Assembly (NCBI RefSeq): GCF_006345805.1
Contig: NC_043023.1
Coordinates: forward strand, 16,554,001 to 16,618,000
Direction: 5' to 3'
Source: Octopus sinensis
Taxonomy: Eukaryota
Length of the DNA: 64,000 nt
Every line of letters starts with the position of its first letter. Positions within the stretch are counted from its first letter, which is position 1. Shown piece after piece: positions 12,376 through 25,535 of the stretch. The translations under genes were made by a program, and so were the position numbers. The notes beneath the pieces were generated by a model that saw only the letters and a program-made list of their open reading frames with translations, was not told the origin of the DNA and ran no database searches.

Positions 12376-13608
12376 ATTTCTATGTCTTGTTATATTTGCA
12401 CTATATTAATGTATAATATCATTGCTATTGTGTAGTGGTTTAAAAAGTATTGATTCGGTATTATCTGATGGTTGATGATTGATTTGGATATATTTCTCTA
12501 TTTTCTCATTTTGTATATATATATATATGTGTGTGTGTATGTATGTATAATTATTTTCTTGTTAATTAATGATTCCTATCAATAAGTATTCCCCCACTAC
12601 ATGTCTACTATTACATGTCTAAAAAAGAAACAAAAATCTCATTGTTTTGGGCGAATGATTCAACCATTATGAAATCAAAGATTTTTTACTGTTGTTCTGA
12701 AGGCAGCTGTGCACCTCACCAACCCACCATCCCACTTTACATGACACATTCACTTGTATTCTTTTATTTATTCTGATCTCCACCCAAAGAATATTCATCC
12801 TAATAATTTCCATGACTTTTGTTTCGGGTGAACTTCTACTTAGAAGGAAATTCCATTTATGCATGTATGCATACATTTACACCGGGAAAAGTCATTTAAC
12901 ATTGTCTTTACATTTGGATGTTTATCATTAAAAAATGTTTTGAAACCTAGAATTGTTTCTTCTTTTATTAATTTCAGTCAGTGTGCTATGACCATGCTCA
13001 GGCACTGTCTTTGGGTGTCTTTCATTGACCCTATCAATATTAGAGATAATTTCAAACATAGGGCAGGGTCCCATTTTAACGATGCCTGTTCATTGAAAGT
13101 AACCTTTGATAGCCTAGTATACTAGAGTAGTAAACATGTAAATGAACACACACACATACACACAAACACATCTTGCGGGCTTCTTCATAGAATCATTCTC
13201 CCAATTTGACTCACATGACATTGATCAACCTAAGACTACAGTAAAAGACACTTACCCAATATACCATACAGCATAATTGAACCAGAAACCCATGGGTGTG
13301 AAGCAAATTTTTCAACCATAAAGCTATCCTTTATATATATTTATAAAAATTCTTTTGTTTAAAAGAAAAAGATGAAAGCCTTTTAATTTTTTCTTCTTTA
13401 TTATGAAAATGTCCTGCGTAAGTTATCTGGCGTTAATATTGGCTGGGGTTGGAAGTTTCTGGTACAAGAAAATTAAAGGGGATAAGTTCAGCTAGGAATA
13501 TTATCTTTGTCACATATTCTACTGGAACTTGTAAATTATAACATGTTTCATGTAATAACAAAATTTGTAAATAATTTCAATATTCATTTCATCCAGTATT
13601 GTTTAAAG

Positions 13609-14175
13609 CAGTGATTCCCAATGTGGTCCCTGGAACCTACCAGTGGTCCCCAGAGAATTCGTAGCCATAAAAAATTGAAGCCATTTCAGATCTACACAAT
13701 ATTGTTCGATAATAAAGACACTGTTAGTTAATAATAATTTATATGAAGACAGAATAATAATAAGAAAACAAAATTCAATAATATTCCATAAGAATCAATG
13801 ATGTATAATATATAATCAATGATATATTACAATCAAGAACTACATAATTTAAATTTTATAATCACAACAGTTTCATAATAAATTCGATATTTTAATAGAT
13901 CACTACATAATATTGTTTAATAATAATTTGATACTTTAAATTTATAGAAATAAAATATTGATTATTTTATTTTTTTTATGATCAGTTGTAATAATAACTG
14001 AACCAACTGCTAAAAAGGCAAAACTGAAGAAATGCAAAGAAGATTTTATCATGTTTGGTTTTGTATCTGTAGACTCAAAACCTATGTATCTTGAATATAA
14101 TGCCATCATGACAAATTATTCATGAAGAAAGTTAAGCTGGAGCAGCACCAGAAATTAAGGCATCCATCATCTGTT
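13609..14175 (+). mobile_element. hAT (Charlie/Buster-like) transposon 5' remnant
   Basis: CAGTGATTCCCAA terminus at 13609. ~13995-14170 translates, with lesions, to KKAKLKKCKEDFIMFGF..SKP..(M)KKVKLEQHQKLRHP, resembling a degenerate BED-finger N-terminus. Confidence 0.55.
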
Positions 14176-14640
14176 GGTAAACCTATCTCCTAGCTTCCCT
14201 TTTGGCAGTCTGATACAATTCCCTGCTATCAACGGTCTTCCAGTCCTTCAAAGCCTGTTTCTTTTCCTTACTAGCCCTGTCAACAACATTGTTCCACCAC
14301 CACGTTACCTTGGGTTGAGAGTAGACTTTGCACCATCCACAGATCTGGTCACTAGCCCCCAAAAGGTTGACCTGTAGAAAACTCCAGTTGTCTTCCACAG
14401 CTTTGAGTAATATGTCTCTCAATCTCTTTTTGCAGAATCCTTAAGCTTCCAGACCCTTCTCCTCCATTCTGGTCGTCTTCTGGGCATCCATTTAGCCCTG
14501 ATCCTGAAGTCGCTAACTACTAATCTATATGTGGGGTACATTCTTCCCCTGGGAAAGTTTGGGCATTTACAAGTAGTCGTCTTTCCTGTTTCCTAGTGAG
14601 GATGTAGTCAATTTGACTAGTGTGTGTCTACCAGATTGGT
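14176..14640 (-). mobile_element. RTE LINE fragment (endonuclease-RT linker), degenerate
   Basis: ORF 14183-14422 ...DQICGWCKV...TWWWNNVVDRASKEKKQALKDWK...YQTAKREARR. Confidence 0.65.
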
Positions 14641-16784
14641 AGGTGACTAAATGGCCCTGAATATGCTAATCGATTAGCATTTAGTAATTATGATACTTCT
14701 ACAATTGAAAATAATTTTAATAAATAATGAATTTATGTATTGTGGCATTTGATACTTGTCAATTGTCTACATTGTTCACATAAATGCCAGTACCAGGCAG
14801 AGGTGGTTTCCAGCAGCAAGAGAAGCTTAAGAATAAATAAATGGAAATTTGTCAGCAGAACAAAGTTAGCAACCTCTTACACTCTCAGTGTTGTGATGAG
14901 AGCCAAGGTACCCTCTTGTGAGGAATGGACTGAACCGAGAGAGTGTATATAGTTTGTGTTATTTCATAGTGAAGTTCGAGAGTGTGGGTTGGTTTGTTCA
15001 TTCTTAAGAGATAGTTATGTTGTTATTGCTGCTGCATTATCTTATTTTATCACACTGGTACCACATATTTCAGGCCATAATTGCAATAGTGGTGGTACTA
15101 CTATATTGGATACAAACCATGTTACAGCATCTGGTGGCAAAAGGCTCGAAGATCACGTAGCATGTAATTCACCTGCAAACTAAGCATTAAATTCTTTCAT
15201 ACCAGATTGTCATCCTTCTGAAATTCCCTGTCCATGTTATTTCCTCTGCAGCCATCCACACATTTTATTCAAGATCAACTACGTCAATCTTACCAGTTTG
15301 AAGGCACAGCTCTTGTCTCAGAAGGAATGCAAAAGGCAAGGATACAGCCCCCTTTATCCAGCCAAATTGTTCAAATAAAACATGGGAAAAAAAATCCTAA
15401 CACCCACTACTATTCCTGTGAATTAGTAAGCTGTAAACTATATCAAACTGAGCCCACATCATCATCTTTAACATGTCTCACAGCTAGAACCTTTTACTAA
15501 ATATTTTAGCCAATCATTTATCTCAAGAATGGCAGCTTCTACATGGAATCACATTCTCATCAGACATTAATTTACACAAGTTGAAAAAAGACATCATCTA
15601 CATTCACATTAACAGTTTAGGAAAGCCTACAGATGTTCTCTTGCTCGCACTTTATATTAATACAAATAAGAATTTTTAACAAAGGTACATAGCCAAAAAT
15701 TTTATAGGAGGAAATAATGTCAACTATATTGATCCACCCTGGTCTTGGGGTTGTGGTGGTGGCATTGGAGGTTGTAGTAATGGTTGTAGTGGTGGTTGTG
15801 AAGATGATTCTGATATTGATAGTCTTTGCATTGAGGTGGTGGCAGAGTCAGAGTAAATAATAAGAGCCCAGTTAACACAAGATTCTTAAATTTCGGAGAT
15901 CATAAGATAGAGAGCAAGAAGTTAAAAGTTCCAATACTGTCCCAATTCCTACACTCCAGATTCTTCAACTATTTTATAAGAAAGGGGTTAATGGCAGGCA
16001 GGATAGGGATTCAGCTTAAAAATAAATTGTATAACAAAAAATACATAAATAAATTACTGCTCCAACGATGTAATTTTAGTATGTGTGTATGTATGTATGT
16101 ATGTGTGTGTGTATGTATGGATCAAAACAGTTTGATTCAAATTCTGTGGTACTTATATATTCATACATACATATAGATGTATATAACATATATATATTGT
16201 ATGTAAACATCTTTTATAAATATATATAATTCATGCATCTATAATACACACACATTATAAATATATACACATATATGCATATGCATTAGAATATGTGTGT
16301 ATAGGTGTATATATATATATATATATATGCATATGTTTGTATACATGTGTGTGGTATAAAAATAAATATAAGCACTCAGGATCTACGCAAATTTTATATA
16401 TACTCCACGAAGTTCAAAAGGTAAAAATCCGGTATTTTAAATTTTTGTTGCATTTCTAATCTTTCTGATGTCTAAGGATGGATATTTATGCGTATGAATC
16501 TTTTTCTTTTTATTTTGTTTCAAATATAATTCTAGGGAACTGAAAAAGCTGTGTACGTTACGATAAAGCAATTTGTCAAAATGTAAACAATTGCTTTCCA
16601 CGTCACAGATAAGCTACGCAGATAATAAGTTCACTAGAAAGATCTGGGGTCCTGGCCTCAAAATAGAAAAGATCCAGTTACTGATCTCCTTACCACTAAT
16701 GACCAAACTTTTACTTCCGTTTATCACTGTCTTTGGACGTCTTCTTTATTCTTTTTATCATAAACTGAGGTCCCTTTCTTCTTT

Positions 16785-17155
16785 TCTACTCTAGGCACAA
16801 GGCCCGAAATTTTGCGGGAGGGGCCAGTCGGTAAGATTGACCTAATTTATCGAACTAGAAAGGATGAAGGCGAAGTCGACCTCGGCGGAATTTGAGTTCA
16901 GAACTTAACGGCAAACGAAATACCTATTTCTGTTTCTTTACTACCCACAAGGGGCTAAACACAGAGAGGACAAACGAGGAAAGACAAAGGGATTAAGGCG
17001 ATTATATTGACTCCAGTGCGTAACTGGTACTTATTTAATCGACCCCGAAAGGATAAAAGGCAAAGTCGACCTCGGCGGAATTTGAACTGAGAACGTAACG
17101 GCAAACGAAATACCTCTAAGCACTTCGCCCACCGTGTAACGATTCTACCTGTTCG
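16785..17155 (-). mobile_element. SINE family N, tandem units
   Basis: Two units of the same consensus, ending in a 5' head at ~17155. Confidence 0.7.
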
Positions 17156-17709
17156 CCGGGGTCAGTTTATTACAAAACCCAATAAGGACCAATAAGTTAA
17201 AATACTAGAGGACTCGAGCCCTCAATAATGCCGGGGTTTGTGTTGGAAATTCTGCACGATCGGAGTATGAGTACAACGAGTGTGAAAACGCGGAAGTAGC
17301 AGGTAAGCAAGGAAATTACATTTTCACATTTCGAAAGAGACATCAAAAGGGAGTTTATTTTTAACGAAATTTTCTAATATAGGGGTAGCTATGAGGTAAC
17401 ACGTTATTTCTCAATCCCATGGTTCCGGGTTCAGTTCCGCTGTATGAAATTTTGGTAAATTTTACCGAAATTTTCTATAAATATGCTTCGGGTTGTGTAG
17501 ATTCTAATGGTATCGGATTTTATTGTGAATTTTTTTTTTCCCGAGGGCGGGGAGAGGAATTTCGGAAAATTCACGAGACAACTTTGTTTCCTCGTAACTT
17601 TCAGAAAAAAGGGTTTATGTTTACAATATGGGCGGAGGTAACGACAATGGACCGCAACCCCTTGGGATATTTTGTTGCAGATTCGGAATCTCGGCACTCG
17701 ATATATATT

Positions 17710-18106
17710 TCTTACTACCCACAAGGGGCTAAACATAGAGGGGACAAACGGATTAAGTCGATTACATCGACCCAGTGCGAAACTGGTACTTTATTTATCG
17801 ACCCCGAAAGGATGAAAGGCAAAGTCGACCTCGGCGGAATTTGAACTCAGAACGTAGCGGCAGACGAAATACCTATTTCTGTTTCTTTACTACCCACAAG
17901 GGGCTAAACATAGAGGGGACAAACAAGGACAGACAAAAGTATTAAGTCGATTACATCGACCCAGTGCGTAACTGGTACTTTATTTATCGACCCCGAAAGG
18001 ATGAAAGGCAAAGTCGACTTCGGCGGAATTTGAACTCAGAAAGTAGCGGCAGACGAAATACCGCTAAGCATTTCGCCCGGCGTGCTAACGTTTCTGCCAG
18101 CTCGCC
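17710..18106 (-). mobile_element. SINE family N, tandem units ending in a full tRNA-like head
   Basis: Units joined at gaaatac; complete head ccgctaagcatttcgcccggcgtgctaacgtttctgccagctcgcc at 18061-18106. Confidence 0.75.
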
Positions 18107-18417
18107 GCCTCGATATAGTGGGTTCCTGTAAAAAAAAGGAGAAAAAAAAATCCCAAAGGGGTGCGGTCCACTGTCTTTACCTCCGCCACAATACTACCCG
18201 GAAACGAAATAAAAATAAAATTTTCAGAAAATCCTACCCCCACCTCAAGATTTCCCCCCAAAATTTCTTTATAACCGTAATGTATGCTGTTTGAAAGATA
18301 TACAAAATTTCATCTAAAAAACCCCTTTTCCTTAACAGTTATGAGGGAAAGACATCTGATCTTGTGAATTTTTCGAAGTCCTCTCCCCACCCCCTCGAAA
18401 AAGATTTTATTTTTATA

Positions 18418-18578
18418 ATCGCAGGAGTGGCTGTGTGGTAAGTAGCTTGGTTACCAAACACATGGTTCCGGGTTCGGTCCCACTGCGTGGCACCTTGGGC
18501 AAGTGTCTTCTACTATAGCCTCGAGCCGACCAAGCCTTGTGAGTGGATTTGGTAGACGGAAACTGAAAGAAGCCCTTC

Positions 18579-18600
<22 letters not shown>
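18418..18600 (+). mobile_element. tRNA-derived CORE-type SINE (family 'C', OR2-like), 5' part
   Basis: caggagtggctgtgtggtaag (A box), ggttcggtcccact (B box), gtggcaccttgggcaagtgtctt resembling the CORE domain. Dozens of copies in the window. Confidence 0.75.
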
Positions 18601-18624
<24 letters not shown>

Positions 18625-18625
18625 T

Positions 18626-18880
18626 ATTAAGGAATGACCCTGAGAAGGTCGTTCGACTCACTTGAAAAGAGCAGCTAAAACTCAAAACCGCAAAAAATAG
18701 TAGTAATTCTGAAACTAGAGGAAAATAAAAACATTTATCCCCTTCAAACTTTGTACCCTGCAAGGTTTCAACATCTTCACGCAATCAAATTTAATTAAAT
18801 AAATTAAATCCTGCAAGGTTTCAACATCTTCACGCAATCAAATTTAATTAAATTAAATTAAATCAGGGTCATTCCTTAAT
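18626..18880. mobile_element. MITE (~250 bp) with TIRs and an internal ~55-bp duplication
   Basis: attaaggaatgaccctga ... tcagggtcattccttaat; cctgcaaggtttcaacatcttcacgcaatcaaatttaattaaat occurs twice. Confidence 0.65.
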
Positions 18881-18989
18881 ATTTTGTTGAATGTATCATA
18901 TAGTCTGTGACTATTTCTATTTTCTCACTTGACCGCTGGTGGCAGAAAATTTTTCTTGAATTTTTTGTTACCCTTATATTGATATATAT

Positions 18990-19490
18990 ATATATATATG
19001 CGTGTTTGTGTGTCTGTGTTTGTCCCCCTAGCATTGCTTGACAACCGATGCTGGTGTGTTTATGTCCCCGTTACCTAGTGGTTCGGCAAAAGAGACTGAT
19101 AGAATAAGTACTGGGCTTACAAAAGAATAAGTCCCGGGGTCGATTTGCTCGATTAAAGGCGCTGCTCCAGCATGGCCGCAGTCAAATGACTGAAACAAGT
19201 AAAAGAGTAAACTTAGTGGTTTGGCAAAATAGACCGATAGAATAAATACTGGGCTTACAAAAGAATAAGTCCCGGGGTCGAGTTGCTCGATTAAAGGCGG
19301 TGCTCCAGCATGGCTGCAGTCAAAATGACTGAAACAAGTAAAAGAGTAAACTTAGTGGTTCGGCCAAAGAGACCGATAGAATAAGTACTGGGCTTACAAA
19401 AGAATAAGTCCCGGGGTCAAGCTGCTCGATTAAAGGCGGTGCTCCAGCATGGCCGCAGTCAAAATGACTGAAACAAGTAAAAGAGTAAAT
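18990..19490 (+). mobile_element. SINE family C 3' half with triplicated ~125-bp tail
   Basis: ttagtggttcggcaaaagagac...aaatgactgaaacaagtaaaagagtaaa occurs three times in tandem. Confidence 0.75.
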
Positions 19491-20412
19491 CGTAATCTAT
19501 GTCTTTTGAAAATTATTTATATGAAATTTCATAAAAAAAAAAAAAAAGCCATTTTCCTAACGAGGGAAGAACTCGGATCTTGTGAATTTTCCGGAAGTTC
19601 TCTCCTCACCACACCGTTGCTTTCTCCGCATTTTGGCGGGCTAATGCAGTTTCGCACCTCTCCTTGAAAAAAGTATTTTGAAAAAATGTTTTCGGATTAA
19701 CACCGCATCCACTTCATTAATTTTTTTTCACATTTTTTTTCAAAATATGCGGAAAAATACGGAGATTATGATTATGAAAAAAATTTCCTTGCAAATTTTT
19801 TTTTTATTTCTGTAGTTATGGTTTTAGGAAAAACTTCCGTCCATCCCCCCGTTTTACTTGTGTGTGCATTAAATAATCGTAAATAATAATATAATGTAAA
19901 TTATATTATATTAATCTAATGTAAATTTTGTGGCACCTTGGGCAAGTCTCTTCTACTATAGCCACCGGCCGACCAAAGTGAATCTTTTCAATTTAACTAA
20001 AATTCTATATTTTATATGCAGCTGAAGATTGATCTACGTTTTAAAACTGATGTAATACTTGCATTGTTCAATTAAATGAAGTCGCATGAAACGATCGTAC
20101 TGCATTACCTTTGGATATCCTTGTTGCTTATTTTGATTATAATCACCCCATTTGATTTATATGGATAATACCATACAAAATTCTGGTGCCTTTAACTTAA
20201 GTACCATATTCAACTGAATCTAAATTTTTTACTGAACTTTTATGTATATATAAGGAGTGGCTGTGTGGTAAGTAGCTTGCTAACCAACCACATGGTTCCA
20301 GGTTCAGTCCCACTGCGTGGTATCTTGAGCAAGTGTCTTCTGCTATAGCCCCGGGCCGACCAATGCCTTGTGAGTGGATTTGGTAGACGGAAACTGAAAG
20401 AAGCCTGTCGTA

Positions 20413-20445
<33 letters not shown>

Positions 20446-20455
<10 letters not shown>

Positions 20456-21744
20456 ATGTGTTTGTGTATGTGTGTTTGTCCCCCTAGCATTGCTTGACAA
20501 CTGATGCTGGTGTGTTTACGTCCCCGTCACTTAGCGGTTGGGCAAAAGAGACCGATAGAATAAGTACTGGGCTTACAAAGAATAAGTCCTGGGGTCGATT
20601 TGCTCAACTAAAGGTGGTGCTCCAGCATGGCCGCAGTCAAATGACTGAAACAAGTAAAAGAGTATATATATATAATTATTATTTGAGGGAATAAAATCCA
20701 AACTTATAAGGAAAAAAATTCAATTTAGAAATACTAAATCAAATTTCACACAATGGCACCTTGGGCAAGTGTCTTCTACTATAGCCCCGAACTGACCAAA
20801 GCCTTGTGAGTGGATTTGGTAGACGGAAACTGAAAGAAGCCCTTCGTATATATATATATACATGTATGTGTGTTTGTCCCCCGAAAGAGACCGATAGAAT
20901 AAGTACTGGGCTTACAAAGAATAAGTCCCGGGGTCGATTTGCTCGACTAAAGGCGGTGCTCCAGTATGGCCACAGTGAAATGACTGAAACAAGTAAAAGA
21001 GTATATAAAAAATTAGAAAAAAACCACCTTTTATCAATTCAAAATGAACAATTAAATTACACCATCTAGAAAATTACATATAACAGAAAAATTAAAATAA
21101 CTATGATTAAAATAACAATGATTAAGTAAATTGCAAAAAAATAATAAAATAACAAAACCGTATACGGTTTTGTTATTTTATTATTTTTTTGCAATTTACT
21201 TAATCATTGTTATTTTAATCATAGTTATTTTAATTTTAATTTTTCTGTCATATGTAATTTTTTAGATGGTGTAATTTAATTCATTTTGAATTGATAAAAG
21301 GTGTTTTTTTATAATTGTATATATATATATTATATATATATATATGTGTGTGTATGTGTTTGTGTATGTGTGTTTGTCCCCCTAGCATTGCTTGACAACT
21401 GATGCTGGTGTGTTTACGTCCCCGTCACTTAGCGGTTGGGCAAAAGAGACCGATAGAATAAGTACTGGGCTTACAAAGAATAAGTCCTGGGGTCGATTTG
21501 CTCAACTAAAGGTGGTGCTCCAGCATGGCCGCAGTCAAATGACTGAAACAAGTAAAAGAGTATATATATATAATTATTATTTGAGGGAATAAAATCCAAA
21601 CTTATAAGGAAAAAAATTCAATTTAGAAATACTAAATCAAATTTCACACAATGGCACCTTGGGCAAGTGTCTTCTACTATAGCCCCGAACTGACCAAAGC
21701 CTTGTGAGTGGATTTGGTAGACGGAAACTGAAAGAAGCCCTTCG

Positions 21745-21775
<31 letters not shown>

Positions 21776-22240
21776 GTGTTTGTCCCCCGAAAGAGACCGA
21801 TAGAATAAGTACTGGGCTTACAAAGAATAAGTCCCGGGGTCGATTTGCTCGACTAAAGGCGGTGCTCCAGTATGGCCACAGTGAAATGACTGAAACAAGT
21901 AAAAGAGTATATAAAAAATTAGAAAAAAACCACCTTTTATCAATTCAAAATGAACAATTAATTACACCATCTAGAAAATTACATATAACAGAAAAATTAA
22001 AATAACTATGATTAAAATAACAATGATTAAGTAAATTGCAAAAAAATAATAAAATAACAAAACCGTATACGGTTTTGTTATTTTATTTTTTTTTGCAATT
22101 TACTTAATCATTGTTATTTTAATCATAGTTATTTTAATTTTAATTTTTCTGTCATATGTAATTTTTTAGATGGTGTAATTTAATTCATTTTGAATTGATA
22201 AAAGGTGTTTTTTTATAATTGTATATATATATATATATAT
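20446..22240. repeat. ~898-bp near-identical tandem duplication, each unit carrying SINE pieces and a ~300-bp palindrome
   Basis: Identical ORFs at 20494 and 21392 (offset 898); palindrome centre aaaaccgtatacggtttt at ~21165 and ~22068. Confidence 0.85.
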
Positions 22241-22798
22241 ATAGTTAATCCAAACAAGAAAACACAACAACGCGAGGACATGGAACAAATAAAGTATTAT
22301 TGGACGCTCAGGAAAGAAGGGAAGGAGGAGGGTTTAACGTTTCGAGCGGAGCTCTTCGTCGGAAACATAGGAGAAGGGAAAACAGGAAAAAAATCGCCAG
22401 CGGTACTCACGAGGTCACACATATATATATATATACACATTTGCATGTATATATATGTAAAATGATTTATATTCCAAACACCCAGTTAATAAAGACAGTT
22501 ATTTCAGTAAACTTTATTGAAATAATGGCAATGTATTTTAACAGCAAAGCAGAACTTTCATAAGAAAAGCATTAAAGTGTCCTAAATTAAAACCTTTCAT
22601 CAAGATTTTGTTATATTGAAAACACCATTTAAATAATGACACAGTTATTTCACTAAATTCTTCATTATTTTAAAAAGGAATTGACAGAGAGCAGTAGATA
22701 TTAAAAGAAATATAGTAACAAAAGAACTAAGGTGATCAAAAGTGATCTAAAGTGATCAAAACCTTCCACTCAAAAATTGTTTTTAATTTATATATAAA

Positions 22799-23089
22799 CT
22801 AGCAGTATCGCCCGGCGTTGCTCGGGTTTGTAAGGGAAATAATTATATAAGCATCTTAGAGAGTTACTTCCCTTATATAATAGCAAAAAATGCATTAAAA
22901 ATGATGATAAATTTTTTTTAAAATTGTAGACTCATCGTAGACGCGCGCTAATACCCAGAAGGGCTTGATATAAATCATGACTACAAGATACCCGGTTTTG
23001 GTTAAATTGCACCGCAAAATGTGGGAGTAGTTAGGAATCTAAATCGTAGGAGACAGACACTCACACAACTTCACTTTTATATATAAAGA
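22799..23089 (-). mobile_element. Non-autonomous Helitron-like element (~290 bp)
   Basis: On the minus strand: A|TCtttatatataaaagtgaag ... caaacccgagcaacgccgggcgatactgCTAG|T. Confidence 0.7.
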
Positions 23090-23473
23090 TGTGAACTTAA
23101 TAATGGAAAAAGCTATTTTACTTAATTCTTTGTTATTTTTTGAAATTGACAGTGAATTTTAATAGGAATCATCATCATCATCATCATCCACAGAGATTCT
23201 GACCAATATGTAAGTCAGAGCAGGGGTTTTAGAAAACTGGATGTTGATTCGACGATGACGCTGACAGCATAAATCGAGTGGCAGTAATTTAAACAGTAAA
23301 AGTTTATAACAAGGCTGGTGTACATCAAAATCAAATTTATAAAATTTCTTATTTATTAAATTATAGGTGGCAGGCATGGTTATGTGGTAAAATGCTTGCT
23401 TCCTACCCACATAGCACTGGACTAAATATCAAAGGAGTGTCCTTCCAGCACCTGAGATTATTACTGGTATTTC

Positions 23474-23607
23474 TTAAAATGTATAAATGATGACGGCAGT
23501 TATCATCCCAATGACAAGGATGGACTTGGTTCTGAGGCTGCTGGTTCCTTGTGCACCACCTGCAAACGATTTCATTTGGATATCATCGGATGCCTCAGGT
23601 GTATCAC
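23474..23607 (-). CDS. Gene C terminal exon: stalk + GPI-anchor-like hydrophobic tail
   Basis: Acceptor tttatctttgtag|GT, phase 1; (S)DTPEASDDIQMKSFAGGAQGTSSLRTKSILVIGMITAVIIYTF*. AATAAA on the minus strand at 23352-23357. Paralogous exons at 46063-46196 and 59867-60000. Confidence 0.8.
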
Positions 23608-23649
23608 CTACAAAGATAAACAGTAAAACATATGTCATTTATATACACT

Positions 23650-24043
23650 TTTCATGGGATGGAAGCACTCCGTCGGTTACGACGACAAGGGTTCCGGTTG
23701 ATCCGAATCAACGGAACAGCCTGCTCGTGAAATTAACGTGTAAGTGGCTGAGCACTCCACAGACACGTGTACCCTTAACGTAGTTCTCGGGGATATTCAG
23801 CGTGACGCAGAGAGTGACGAGGCCGGCCCTTTGAAATACAGGTACAACAGAAACAGGAAGTAAGAGTGAGAGAAAGTTGTGGTGAAAGAGTACAGCAGGG
23901 ATCACCACCATCCCCTGCCGGAGCCTCGTGGAGATTTTAGGTGTTTTCGCTCAATAAACACTCACAACACCTGGTCTGGGAATCGAAACCGCGATCCTAT
24001 GACCGCGAGTCCGCTGCCCTAACCACTGGGCCATTGCGCCTCC
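23650..24043 (-). mobile_element. tRNA(Arg-like)-derived SINE, full length, inserted only in gene C last intron
   Basis: ggaggcgcaatggcccagtggttagggcagcggactcgcgg...ggtttcgattccc (A/B boxes). The empty site ttatatacactcttcat is seen in genes B and A. Confidence 0.75.
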
Positions 24044-24319
24044 ACACACTCTTCATATCAACTTGCTCAAGACTGCCCTTGTTTCCATGGTGAAAATTCC
24101 CTAATTTAAAGTGAGCTAAATTAAAACCTTCCATCAAAATATTAATTTATGTTAATTAATGTTCCCAAAACCAGTTTAATGATGACAAAATTATTTAATT
24201 AAATTATTTATATTTTCAAAATTAATTGAAACTAAGCCAGTATATTCTATTGTGTCTGGGGAGAGTCATTTTCTTTTTGTGCCTTATAATGTAAAACACT
24301 CACCGATAAAATTTCCATA

Positions 24320-25073
24320 GAGACCGAGACCTATGGAAGTATGCTGTGCGTGAGAAGACCCGGCAAGACTAGTGAGACCATAACCCGTAGCCTCTACCTG
24401 GTATGTAGCCAGTCGACTTATACATACCTTTCCTTCTTGGGACACAAAACTCCACTTGTGAAGACCCGTTGAGGCAAGTGAAAATCAAAATCAAAATCAA
24501 AATCAAACCAAATCAAATCAGATATCAGAAAGCAAAACCAAAATTGATCAACATCAATGGAAATTGCAGCTGTGATACCAGTGCTGGTGACAAGTAAGTG
24601 AACCATCCGATCATGGCTGTTGCCAGCGCCGCCCCGACTGGCCTCCGTCCCGGTGGCACGTAAAAAGCACCATCCGTTCGTGGCCGTTGCCAGCCTCGCC
24701 TGGCCCCCGTGCCAGTGGCATGTAAAAAGCGCCATCCGTCCGTGGCCGTTGCCAGCCTCGCCTGGCCCCCGTGCCGGTGGCACATAAAAAGCACCATCCG
24801 ATTGTGGCCGTTGCCAGCCTCGCCTGGCCCCCGTGCCGGTGGCATGTAAAAAGCACCATCCGTCTGTGGCCGTTTGCCAGCTCCGTCTGGCACCTGTGTG
24901 GGTGGCACGTAAAAAGCACCTATTACACTCATGGAGTGGTTGGCGTTAGGAAGGGCATCCAGCCGTAGAAACACTGCCAGATCAGACTGGGCCTGGTGCA
25001 GCCTTCTGGCTTCACAGACCCCAGTTGAACCGTCCAACCCATGCTAGCATGGAAGGCGGACGCTAAATGATGA
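24320..25073 (+). mobile_element. 5'-truncated RTE LINE (last codons + 3' UTR with ~62-bp tandem repeats)
   Basis: Begins RDRDLWKYAVREKTRQD*; ~5 copies of a ~62-bp GC-rich unit at 24610-24920; ends gatgat. Confidence 0.8.
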
Positions 25074-25535
25074 TTATTTTTATTTTCCTAAAATGTTCGT
25101 TGTGTCTTGCAACATTTTCAATAGTCTTGACTATTGAAAAGGTTGCAAGACACAACGAAAATTTTAGGAAAATAAAAATAAGAAATAAGTGGAAATTTTA
25201 CCGGTGAGTGTGTTACATTATAAGGCACAAAAAGAAAATGACTCTCCCCAGACACAACAGAATATGCTTCAACACACGAACTCACATAAAGAATCTTGCA
25301 ACCCAATTGTAAAAAACAAAAAAAAGCCAGTGTATTTTCACAGAATTAAAATAACAAAAGGTTTAAAATGATTTAAATTAAAACCTTTCATTAAAATTTC
25401 ATAGTAATTTATGTTCCAAACCCCAGTTTAGGAGTGATGAAGTCATTTTACTAAATTCTTTATTATTTAAAAAAATTACCTGAAACAAAGGCAATGTATT
25501 TTGGCAGAAATACAAATATAATAACAAAAGGATTA

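Noticed and set aside
15120-15172. Possible minus-strand exon tttgcag|VNYMLRDLRAFCHQML*
   Set aside because: Weak polypyrimidine tract, no partner exons found and no recognisable homology.
23487-23783. Plus-strand ORFs MMTAVIIPMTRMDL... (also 46067, 59880)
   Set aside because: Antisense shadows of the minus-strand terminal exon, extended into different TEs in each copy.
23950-24043. tRNA-Arg gene (also 61960-62050 and the many family C/N heads)
   Set aside because: tRNA-like A/B boxes continue into SINE bodies and lack a proper acceptor stem, so these are SINE heads.
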